A stretch of 20,000 nt of DNA from Stramenopiles sp. TOSAG23-3 (taxonomy: Eukaryota). The notes below the pieces were generated by a model that saw nothing but the letters and a program-made list of their open reading frames with translations, did not search any database and had not been told where the DNA came from. Positions 8,772 through 18,104 of the stretch are shown piece after piece. Numbering within the stretch: position 1 is the stretch's first letter; each line of letters starts with the position of its first letter. The DNA lies in the NCBI GenBank assembly GCA_900128585.1, contig LT642149.1, forward strand, positions 51,547 to 71,546, written 5' to 3'. The position numbers and the translations under genes were made by a program.

Positions 8772-9197
8772 AGTGTCCTTGGCGCGAAAAAAAATCCAAC
8801 TCGAATTTTAAAGTATGGAAGCTCTCGGCCAGAAAATGACAAAAGAAAGTGAGGGGGACGCCTAACTACATAAGTTTAGATCAGGCGACAATTCCTGTCA
8901 CGACGCCCGCCCCCGAACGAACGTTTATAAATTGCTTGCCCTAAAATGACTTGGAAATGTGGTTCCAAGGGACAATTTTTTGTGAATTGGGCGATTTGGA
9001 TCAAACGCCACCCAAACAATCGCTTACTTCTTTTTAAGATCTGCAAAAACGAGTCCTAGGCGCATAGTTCTGTGTATCTGAAAAGATATTTGACCTTTTA
9101 AAATAGTAAAAATTATCCTTTATTCATAAAGATCTCGTTGCCTCAAGTAGTTAGCACAAAGTTGTTTACCATTTTTCAATTCCGCGCCAAAGATACT
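8772..9197. other. Non-coding island of elevated GC bounded by 15-bp imperfect inverted repeats, with nested internal stems (candidate ncRNA or MITE)
   Basis: AGTGTCCTTGGCGCG (8772-8786) matches the reverse complement of 9183-9197 at 13/15; several internal hairpins; no ORF of 60 aa or more. Confidence 0.45.
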
Positions 9198-9331
9198 TGC
9201 ATCCTTGCTCTCGTTCCAACGTCTCCCCTGGAAAAAATAATAGAATCATAGTAATAGTATACAAAAATACTACTTATTTTTACCTATATATTAAATATCC
9301 ACCAAAACGGACTGTTTTGAGTTCTTAAAAA

Positions 9332-12300
9332 TTACTCGATATCGGGTTCATCTAACTCCATCTCTCCGCTAGTATGGTGCGATAGAATGTACACGTGACC
9401 CAAACTGTCCCCGCAGAACACCATAGCGGGATCGTGCGGGCATGTCCCAAGACATGTAACTTTGCCATATGTTTTGAACTCTGACTTTTTCGACATCTTG
9501 TCGTTCAGACTAGAAGTGACAAGGATACCTTTACCGTTTCGATCACACAATATTTTGTCTACCGCATTTTCATCTTTGAAACCATGGCTAGCAAGTACGT
9601 CAAATATCTTTACCGCAAGTTTGTCTTTACATTTTAGGACAGTTTGAACGTTAATAGAGGTTTGGGCTTTCATCCCTGATTTGTTCCTCTTCTCTTCTAT
9701 TTCAGACTGCAAAACTTTCAAGTGATCCCGGAGCGCCACAACATCTTTGTCCGGAAACTGCAGTGCATTCTCAGGATTTGACCGTGTTCGGTTGTACAGC
9801 TCTGTTTTCGTGCGAGATATATGATTTTCGACAGACAGCTCGCCATCAAACTGCTCTAAGTCGAGCACGTCAATTAAAGAGAAGCTAACAAACGTACTGC
9901 CTAATAGAGCGTACATTTTAAATGGTTGATGGGGACAAGGTCGGGCCATCTCCAGCAAATGGTGCGTCTGTATGGTGGTGCATATTTTAAGCAAATCGAT
10001 GCTCTCAGAGGTAAATATTCGAATATCGCCCTCTTTACTTATACTTAATATGCGCTTTTCATCCTCTGAGAAGCCTACAAACAAGACCGAGCTCTTGTGC
10101 ATGTTATTCAATTTTGTCATTTCTGAACCGAATTCAACGTACGCACCGGTCGCCAAGTCCCACCTTTGAACTATTCCCGAACCACAGCCCGATACAAGAC
10201 TCTTTAAATCTTTAGAGAACTGCATTGCCGTAACGGGCGCGGTGTGCCACTTCAAAGTCTTATGGTGCTCGTAAGATGTTCCGTCCCATATCTCAATGTC
10301 CCCGTCGATCGCTGCAGTAGCAAGGTAGGCGTCTTTTGGCGAAAACAACACCTTGCATATGCTACTGGAGTGCCCTTCTAATATGTGCCTTTCTGTCGGT
10401 GGTTGATTTTTTTCATATGTAACCACTGACACCTCGCCAGAACTGCTTCCGGTCACAAGCTTGTGCGACGATGGGCTAAAGGCGCCACATGTGACATGGC
10501 CATTGTGGGTTCCAATCGAAACGTTGTCCATGTATTTAAGCAGCATGTCCTTACGAAATTGAAACCTAGCGTTCTTCGCGCCATTTATTGCGTGGTAATG
10601 GATCTTGAATTTTGAGAGCACGGTTTCTTCCACAGATCCCGTGGCGGCAGCCATAGTACCAAGCACAAATCTTTTTACAAAATGTTTGTCAACCACGATG
10701 ATGCCCCCAGAGCTGGAATTGCTTGGCTTTTCAAAGGATACGTGGGTTGCCTCTGTAAATGCACTATCAATAACGCTCGCTTCTGGCCCAAGCTCTTTAT
10801 TTAAGTCCCACAGAAGTGTACGGCCACCCCTTGACGCACTAACGAGAAAGCCTGGTTTTAGTGACCAAGAAATGCTAGTCACAGGGCAGTGGTGCCCAGT
10901 TAATGTGTTGAGCAGTGATCCATCCATGCTGTACAATAATATAAGCCCTCCAATGGAATCTGAGCATGCAATTAATTCGGAGGTTGGATTAATTTCCATA
11001 ACAGTCACGTAACCCAACTGCTTCTCTGTATTGATGGCGTGATCAAAAACAAGTTTGGACTCGCCCACAAGGTACAGCCTGATACAGCAATCGGAGCACC
11101 CAATGGCCAAGTAGGTGCCGCACGGTGTGAATGCCATGCACGTGCTGACAGAAGCATTTGGCAACGTTAGTTTTGAGGATCGATCGTTGACTTCCCTGTT
11201 TCCGTAGGAATCACACACAAAGTACCACAATCGCACGGTGCCGTCTTCCGCCCCGGTAGCAAACGCTAGAAAAGTGTTGTTCACGCTTTGCGGAAATTCG
11301 CTTGATGCTAATATGTCGTTTTCAAAAACAGTTCTGCACAGTACGAGGCCAGTGCTCGTATCCCAAATTATTATCTTGCGTGCAGAAATTGAGACCAAAA
11401 ATGCTCCATACGACAGCATAAAAACGTTCTGCACTGAGTTCCGATGACCAGCTTTAGCAAATGTCTGCACAACATTTCCCGTTGTTTTATCCAGCATGTA
11501 GACTCTGCCGTCTGAATGGCCAATCGTTAAAACGCAACCATACGTAGAATTGTATGTTGCAGTAATGTCCCCATTCTCGAAAGAAGCATACACAACAGGT
11601 GACGTCGAATGGCGAAAAGGTTTATTGATCCAATTGTACCAGTCATTAGACGGGAGTGATGCAGAGGAGTTACTTATCAGGCGCCTCGCTTGAACGTGCA
11701 GGGCCGCATGAGGAGGCAAATTTAAAGCCAGCTGAAACCATGTCCTTGAGTCGCGCTGAAGTGCAATGCAGTAATGTTGGACAAAGGACAGACACTGTGC
11801 TACATTTGCAAGTACACGTTCCAGATGATCTACGGCATACTTTTTCCCAAAATCTTTTACTAGATTTTTGTATACCGAAGTTGACATTATTTGAAGAATA
11901 TTTTTGTAATTCTTCATTGTTTCCAAAACATAATGGCTGCCTATGTTTATGTGGGAGCGATTCCCACAGCACTGCCCGACGTACAACAGATTGCAGATTG
12001 TCGATTCCAACGCTTTCACATCAAAAGCTTTCATTTGAAAATACGGGAGGTCCTGCAGAATGGTTGAATCTCGTTCCTCATCTTTCGTTTCAGCAAAGTA
12101 ATTTGCCAGCAACTGGAAGTGTTTTGCTTCTTTTTGGACTGAAGGGCAATAAATTTTTACCACCGCGTCCCGAAATGTTCCGTAGGGAAGCCAAACGGTA
12201 GTCATAGTCGAAAGGGCTAAATCGGGGAAAACTAGGTCCGCTTGCTGCAGTACCCACCGCACAATAATGATGGCAATCGACGTTTCTTCAGAAGTTGCGT

Positions 12301-15300
12301 TTGCCCCGAAAAGTAATCTGGATAGGTCAAATAGTCCTAGACCATTTCTTGCGCATAGAAGCGAACCAAATATTCTCTCAAGCATCAGACTTGAATGCGA
12401 CCGTCCAAGCAGGTTTTCTTCCGCAGGAAACCCCCCATTATCAAATGCCAAGTCAACAGCGCTCAAGTATCCAGTAGATATTAGGTAAGACTTCAGCGAA
12501 AGCTCCAGCGAGGAAAAGAAATGCAAGTGAAGGGATTCAATGATTTTTGGAGTGGTCTTCATTACCTTTGTTAGCTTGGGGTTTTGCCCATTTTCTTGGC
12601 TATGCTGATTGACCATGTACACATACGACCGTATAGACCGCGGGTTGGCCAACTGCTTATCTTTCATGAGGGTGTTGACAATGGACGTCTTCCATGATAC
12701 TTTACACTGGTTCATAACAGAAATAATAACTTTTTTTCTGGAGTTTTGGTTCACCATGGCTTCTTCCGTTAGGACCGTGTAAACGTTGTTTTTGTACCAG
12801 TCAAACAACCAGTTTGTCGCATTGGAGTTCTTTTCTGCGGAAAAAATCATGAGCAAGTTGTTGGGCAGTGACGTCGGCAACCAATCGTTCATTGTCGCGC
12901 TCTTCCCGTCACCAAGCACAAAATTGTCTACACCATCTATAATCATGACGATGCGCTTTCCTTGCTTTTGCGCCAACATTGACAGTCTTTCCAAGTTATG
13001 GTTGAACGATTGCTTTAGTGAGCTGTAGGGCTCATTTGGAAAGTATGAACGTGGGGACGATATGCTACCGGAGACCCTGTCTATTTCCTTCAACATATAT
13101 CGCATCATGTTTGATGCATTTGTAGAGTTTACCGAGGCTTGGGAAAAATACGTCAACGGTACGTAAGCATCGTTCGCTTGAAAATGATCGTGGAGCCATG
13201 CTGAGAAAGACGACTTTCCTGACCCTGGGTCCCCTAAAATCATCACGGGCTTCGTTCCTAGTTGGTTTTCAATCGTTTCTGCCAAAGCACGCTTTTGGTC
13301 GAAACAGAACGCTTTCCCTTCTGAATAAATATCAAAGAAATTCTTCTGTTTCGACTGTTCGATTTCGTACGGTGTTGTGGAAAAATATGACACGCTCTTG
13401 CGAATAGATTCAAAGAGATCATTTGTCACAGATTCTACAAACTGGTCCAGCTTTTCTATTCTCCCCGGAGAGCGCTTGTTCTTGCTCTTTTTGTAACTGC
13501 AAGAATACGCCCGTGGCGCACAATAGGGGTGTTTCTTCAACCTGCTGTCGAGTGTCTCTGTTTGTTTGATGGCCTGTTCTTCTTCTTTTCCGCTGGGAAG
13601 AAAAATTTCTCTAATACTATCATCTGGTTCCTTTTGCATAATGTTTAAAAACGACAAGTCTCTGAAATAAGCAAGCATCTTCCCTGTGCCAGTCGATTCC
13701 ATACAGTTCAACGCGTACATCAATTCGAGCTCCATACTGGACGCGGTTTTGTGTTGACTAGAGAGCCACTCTATACTTCCGCCGTCGTTGCCTTCGCACT
13801 TCACGGATTCGTCACTCCTTGCATCCCCATACTTTGCCCCCCTCAAAGCTACGCAAAAACTGCAGTTTTCAATCTCACGAAATTTAGAAAACATGCTACC
13901 AGATCTCTTCGAGGACACTGCCTCAGAGAATGTCATATCTACGGGAATGGCACACACGCCCAAAGAGAACAACATTTTGTTCAAGCAAGGAAACACGGCG
14001 CCGAACAATTCCGCCCTTTCTGAAATGAAATCGTGCGGCGTGCTTGCAATGTACACATATATGATCCGATTTTTGATAAAAATATGTTGAGGTACTTCCA
14101 GCTCATCCTGAATACCAAGATACTTCCCCTCCGTCAGAGGAAACGTTGTGCTGCCTTCCTGGGACACAATGCTGCTGCCCTTTCTCGTTACTATCGACAC
14201 ACTGACCATCGAAATATCCGAATTATGCGCGGTGGAAGGTGCGGAAAAAGGTCGGTGTGGTGGTAACACTAAATCTTCCCCATCAATGTGCAAAATATCC
14301 GAATTTCCTGCCGTGGTCACAGTGTTTCGCAGCAGTGCACTGTTCCCACTTTCTACGGCTACTTCACGGACCTCTTGCTGCGCTTCTTCAATCCTCATCT
14401 GCCCACGAACAATCTTTTTGTATTCGTTCATGCCGAATATTCTACGGCTAGCGTAAGTAGGCGCACTCAATCTTCGCTGCTGTGCTGCAGTCAAAGGCAC
14501 TTTTTCTACGTCACTGGAGGCTATGATTCGCTTACTCTTTTCTTTTGAAGCATTAATCCCTACTACACTCCCTCCCGTTTGTTGTTTCTTTGCGGAATTT
14601 TTCAAGCCGTGGACCACGAAAAACGAAGATTTGGCAACGACGGGCATCTCATCTTTCCCAGGGGCTGCCGGCACTATGGGTAATAGGGGACACGATTGCA
14701 GCAGCCTTTTGTTTTTGTAAAGTCTCATAAGTTTTGCCCTGTCTACTACGGGTTCAAAAGGGAGCTGGGCGGGCTCTGCAGCGTGCAGGTGCGCGTCGGC
14801 GTAGATTTCAGTTATGGTTTTGCCCCCATTTTTGCTTTGACTATTGGGGACCTGCTCTTCAGAATCTGGCAAGGAACTGTCTTTTTCCATAATGCTCCCA
14901 GTAGTGTTTCGGACCTGCATGTCTTCAAAGTAGCCCACACTTGTATGGGGCCCGGCCAGCGACCGCGAGGGAGCAGCGGACGTAAAATGTGCCCAGTCCT
15001 CTTCCTCTTCACGAAGGTTCCGGAGGGGAACTGTTAGCGAGTGACGGTGTTTTTGCCGTTGCTCTACTAATTTTAGGCTGGGGTCAATATCTAGCCCGAG
15101 CAGCATACTCGAAGCTTGCTCCCGTCTTTTACTGCGACTGTAAGGTCTAACATGAAAACTCTTTGTAGGCAAATATTTCTTTATGGGAATTCCGTCCGCA
15201 GAAGTCCCTATTTGAAGCTGATGGTCACTCTCTCCGACGGGGTCCATGATGTACGGAACCCCCTCGACATCTTCTAAACTACGTCTAAAAATCGGCATGG

Positions 15301-15478
15301 ACTCGCTTTTCCTGACGGTCCTTTTGAGCTGTCTCACTTTGGTTCCTTTAGGGCGCTTTCGTCGTTTAGTAGCATTTCTTCCTTGCTTTTTTTTATTATC
15401 TTTTTTAAATACACGAGATCTAATCGGGGATGTGTGCACAAACGATGAGGATAGGGTTGAATGGGACCCCTGCTCCAT
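9332..15478 (-). CDS. STAND-class NACHT/WD40 protein with DUF4062-like domain (TEP1/NWD-like architecture without recognisable TROVE)
   Basis: 'VYIASTPHDFISERAEL...VFP.L...PVDM' resembles the DUF4062-type FISSTF.D...ER..L start; P-loop 'GDPGSGKS' (~13211-13235); Walker B 'IVMIIDGVD' (~12926-12950); 'WLP..LP.N'; many WD40 repeats ('GHHCPVTSISWS...LWD', 'GHSSSICKVLFSP...IEIWD', 'WHTAPVTAMQFS...QRWD'). Confidence 0.88.
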   Translation of the reverse strand: MEQGSHSTLSSSFVHTSPIRSRVFKKDNKKKQGRNATKRRKRPKGTKVRQLKRTVRKSESMPIFRRSLEDVEGVPYIMDPVGESDHQLQIGTSADGIPIKKYLPTKSFHVRPYSRSKRREQASSMLLGLDIDPSLKLVEQRQKHRHSLTVPLRNLREEEEDWAHFTSAAPSRSLAGPHTSVGYFEDMQVRNTTGSIMEKDSSLPDSEEQVPNSQSKNGGKTITEIYADAHLHAAEPAQLPFEPVVDRAKLMRLYKNKRLLQSCPLLPIVPAAPGKDEMPVVAKSSFFVVHGLKNSAKKQQTGGSVVGINASKEKSKRIIASSDVEKVPLTAAQQRRLSAPTYASRRIFGMNEYKKIVRGQMRIEEAQQEVREVAVESGNSALLRNTVTTAGNSDILHIDGEDLVLPPHRPFSAPSTAHNSDISMVSVSIVTRKGSSIVSQEGSTTFPLTEGKYLGIQDELEVPQHIFIKNRIIYVYIASTPHDFISERAELFGAVFPCLNKMLFSLGVCAIPVDMTFSEAVSSKRSGSMFSKFREIENCSFCVALRGAKYGDARSDESVKCEGNDGGSIEWLSSQHKTASSMELELMYALNCMESTGTGKMLAYFRDLSFLNIMQKEPDDSIREIFLPSGKEEEQAIKQTETLDSRLKKHPYCAPRAYSCSYKKSKNKRSPGRIEKLDQFVESVTNDLFESIRKSVSYFSTTPYEIEQSKQKNFFDIYSEGKAFCFDQKRALAETIENQLGTKPVMILGDPGSGKSSFSAWLHDHFQANDAYVPLTYFSQASVNSTNASNMMRYMLKEIDRVSGSISSPRSYFPNEPYSSLKQSFNHNLERLSMLAQKQGKRIVMIIDGVDNFVLGDGKSATMNDWLPTSLPNNLLMIFSAEKNSNATNWLFDWYKNNVYTVLTEEAMVNQNSRKKVIISVMNQCKVSWKTSIVNTLMKDKQLANPRSIRSYVYMVNQHSQENGQNPKLTKVMKTTPKIIESLHLHFFSSLELSLKSYLISTGYLSAVDLAFDNGGFPAEENLLGRSHSSLMLERIFGSLLCARNGLGLFDLSRLLFGANATSEETSIAIIIVRWVLQQADLVFPDLALSTMTTVWLPYGTFRDAVVKIYCPSVQKEAKHFQLLANYFAETKDEERDSTILQDLPYFQMKAFDVKALESTICNLLYVGQCCGNRSHINIGSHYVLETMKNYKNILQIMSTSVYKNLVKDFGKKYAVDHLERVLANVAQCLSFVQHYCIALQRDSRTWFQLALNLPPHAALHVQARRLISNSSASLPSNDWYNWINKPFRHSTSPVVYASFENGDITATYNSTYGCVLTIGHSDGRVYMLDKTTGNVVQTFAKAGHRNSVQNVFMLSYGAFLVSISARKIIIWDTSTGLVLCRTVFENDILASSEFPQSVNNTFLAFATGAEDGTVRLWYFVCDSYGNREVNDRSSKLTLPNASVSTCMAFTPCGTYLAIGCSDCCIRLYLVGESKLVFDHAINTEKQLGYVTVMEINPTSELIACSDSIGGLILLYSMDGSLLNTLTGHHCPVTSISWSLKPGFLVSASRGGRTLLWDLNKELGPEASVIDSAFTEATHVSFEKPSNSSSGGIIVVDKHFVKRFVLGTMAAATGSVEETVLSKFKIHYHAINGAKNARFQFRKDMLLKYMDNVSIGTHNGHVTCGAFSPSSHKLVTGSSSGEVSVVTYEKNQPPTERHILEGHSSSICKVLFSPKDAYLATAAIDGDIEIWDGTSYEHHKTLKWHTAPVTAMQFSKDLKSLVSGCGSGIVQRWDLATGAYVEFGSEMTKLNNMHKSSVLFVGFSEDEKRILSISKEGDIRIFTSESIDLLKICTTIQTHHLLEMARPCPHQPFKMYALLGSTFVSFSLIDVLDLEQFDGELSVENHISRTKTELYNRTRSNPENALQFPDKDVVALRDHLKVLQSEIEEKRNKSGMKAQTSINVQTVLKCKDKLAVKIFDVLASHGFKDENAVDKILCDRNGKGILVTSSLNDKMSKKSEFKTYGKVTCLGTCPHDPAMVFCGDSLGHVYILSHHTSGEMELDEPDIE

Positions 15479-16636
15479 ACTTTAGAGCGAGCGTGCCTTG
15501 TACCTCGGTCTGCGCGTTCGGTGAAACCACGTCAAGCACTCGCGAAGAAACAACGTCCTGACGTTCTTCAATACTGAGCTGTTGTGTGCAACTGTTTCAA
15601 AAAGTCAGCTTATGCTGAAAACATTGCGCCAGTAGTATATCAGTTATCAACCCGGAGCTGCAATGTTTCGTACCGTTGCAATACAATCATTCCTTTTAGC
15701 TGGTACTATTTTAATTGTTGTAGTAGTGGTTGTTGGTTGTTGTTTATTTCAATTATTATAAAAACTTGCGGATGGATGAAAATATTTGAGAAGATTATTA
15801 CAGCAGAACAGCATGTATATTTAATACCAAGTATTATAAAGACAGACAATTAAAATAATAGTCAAAACAAAACCACCATACCATTATCAGCATTATTTGG
15901 GGCTTATTATTTTACGAGAAAATAAAAAAATATAACGGCAAGCCGCAACCCGCAACAACGCCGGTAAATTCTTCACCGACAAATCATAAACATAGGAATG
16001 GTTTGTAACAATATGATTGAAGTACAATACTAAAAATTCTCAGACGCTAGCTACGAGTAGTCGTCTACGAGGAATACAATAAATAATAAATTTCACGATA
16101 ATTAATCCGTTGCTGTTCATATTATAATGTACTGTATTATACGAGGACGCCTCGTAGCTAATTGTCTTAAAAATATAGAAACTGAAAACTGAAGAATGAA
16201 GAATGATGATGAGGAGAAGAAGAAAAAGCTGTCGTCTGTCTACGTACTCTCATCAGGGGAGGGGGCAGGCAGCAGGACCGAACGATAGTTATCTAATTAT
16301 TATATTATTAGTAGTCCGGTCAACTTGTACACCGCTCAACAACAAAACAACAAAGCCACAGGAGGGACGATGATATGTATATCACTTTTTTTGCCTATAA
16401 TAGGAATACAAAGGGCAAAAGCTTAATGAAGCAACGCTTCCTCGATGCGATTATTCTAGACGCGCTGCTTTTTTTGTTGTTACCCCGGCGCAATTTCCCC
16501 ACTAAAGTAATATTAACTTGGGGCACCTCGTGGACGACAATTTCTAGAAACAACGACAGTGAGCATATCAATTTAGAAGGGATAAAGTATACGTGATTAC
16601 CAAACCAAGGAGTAAGACTACAAAGACGCTGAAATC

Positions 16637-17737
16637 ATGCCTTCCCGAGAGCAGTTGCAGAAAGCAAAGTTGGACCAGCTTGCAGCCACTGTAAAATTTG
16701 CAACGCAGGATCAGGACCTAAGACGAGGAACTATTATGTATAACAGTACAAGTGGCCTGAATGATACGCCTAAAGGTGTAATTGATGGCATAAAGGACCA
16801 ATTATGCGAGCTGGATGATACACTTGCTGAGACTTCACCGTTTGTTTGGTTGCCAGCGAAGTATTATAGGTTGAAGAAAAGCTCTCCAGAGCTTTTCGAT
16901 ATTGACGTAGATATTTACCAGCCTATCGCCTCCCTAACTAAAAAGGAGGTGGAACAGGGCATGATGACGAACGAAGACGAAGCAGAAATATCTGGCTTAC
17001 TGCGCGATATCTCAGAAATACCCCCCCCCAAAAAGAAAACCCCCAAACCAAATTCATTGACTAGGAGCGAAAAATCAGCACGATACATAGGCTCGGTCGC
17101 CTCCGACCCCGCGGTGCTAGCTCTTTTGCACTCGTCGCCGTCCCCAAAGCGCAAGGCGAAACGGCGTACCATCGGCGCATCCCCAAAATATTCCCCGCCC
17201 GCTGGGAGCAGAGTGCCAACGGCCCGAACAAACCGCACATCTCGAACAAATTGCACGGCCAGGAGCGGGCGAGGAGCGAACAATAGCAATGTTGGCATTG
17301 GCAGCAGCCGTCGGCAACTTCCAGTTGATAGTTTGTCCAAACTTCCTGGTATCTCGCCCCTTAGCGTGTCACGGAGCAACCGTTTGACCAACCGAGATGG
17401 CCTATCTGTAACAGGCTTTACCCCTAGACCCAGCGCAAGAATACTAGAACAGCCTCTACCAATCGAAGAGAAAGCCCCCGATACCTACAAGCACCCTGTA
17501 AAGAAATTGAAAGGCATTGCGACAGTTATGGACTTGTCCGAGCTGTCGAGGGGGCTGCCCAGAAAAGGTACCCTGTACAGAGACTGCTACAACGAATACG
17601 GCATTCAAGAAGAATTGAAGAAGGTGTACGCCATGAACACGGCTCACTGGATTCCTCGTACAGAACAGACGGTTATCAATGAGAAAATGGCCCTTGATCG
17701 CAAGCTGCAAAAAATGATTGCTGGGTTGGAATATTAG
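16637..17737 (+). CDS. Hypothetical protein, 366 aa, with central basic Ser/Arg/Pro-rich disordered region
   Basis: Long ATG-initiated ORF with coding-like GC and an abrupt AT-rich transition after TAG; no domain recognised. Confidence 0.75.
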   Translation: MPSREQLQKAKLDQLAATVKFATQDQDLRRGTIMYNSTSGLNDTPKGVIDGIKDQLCELDDTLAETSPFVWLPAKYYRLKKSSPELFDIDVDIYQPIASLTKKEVEQGMMTNEDEAEISGLLRDISEIPPPKKKTPKPNSLTRSEKSARYIGSVASDPAVLALLHSSPSPKRKAKRRTIGASPKYSPPAGSRVPTARTNRTSRTNCTARSGRGANNSNVGIGSSRRQLPVDSLSKLPGISPLSVSRSNRLTNRDGLSVTGFTPRPSARILEQPLPIEEKAPDTYKHPVKKLKGIATVMDLSELSRGLPRKGTLYRDCYNEYGIQEELKKVYAMNTAHWIPRTEQTVINEKMALDRKLQKMIAGLEY

Positions 17738-18024
17738 TAGTAAATTATTACTGTTCATATAATTATTATATTCAAATACACATAATTTAAAGAATACATC
17801 TAATCATGATAGTAAAGGCACAAACAACAATAAAAAATAATATTGTAAATATTTACCATATTCCGAGGAGTAAATTGAGTTGTCAACCACCAGCAACTCT
17901 CACAACAACAATTGAATAAATTTAAAAAAGAAAAAAACAGATTCTAAATTGTGTGTTTTTTTAAAAATAGTCGTTTAATTGTTACCTCATGTACCACCGT
18001 AATAATATGAATATCTTTTGTCAA

Positions 18025-18104
18025 TTACTAAGAAAGTATAACAGCCAATTTTCTTGTTACTAAGAAAGTATTAATTACTTAAATAACAGCCAATTTTTCT
18101 TGTT
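18025..18104. repeat. Local imperfect tandem duplication just downstream of the CSN5 stop codon
   Basis: TTACTAAGAAAGTAT at 18025-18039 and 18057-18071; ATAACAGCCAATTTT(T)CTTGTT at 18038-18058 and 18083-18104. Confidence 0.85.

Noticed and set aside
8815..9170. RNase P/MRP or group I intron identity for the structured island (GGAAGCTC and CATAGTTC look-alikes)
   Set aside because: No complementary P4 partner or CR-V near the 3' end, no convincing P7 core, and no host exon.
8779..9191. E2F-like sites (TTGGCGCGAAAA and TTTGGCGCGGAA)
   Set aside because: They lie between two 3' ends rather than in a promoter and are better explained as arms of the inverted repeat.
9332..15478. Assigning gene symbol TEP1 or NWD1
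   Set aside because: No TROVE domain seen and orthology cannot be established without a phylogeny.
9462..15485. Numerous 60-181-aa ORFs overlapping the NACHT gene
   Set aside because: Antisense or alternative-frame shadows of a long CDS.
15584..16596. Short ORFs 15584-15853 and 16375-16596
   Set aside because: AT-rich spacer or UTR composition, short, no protein-like features.
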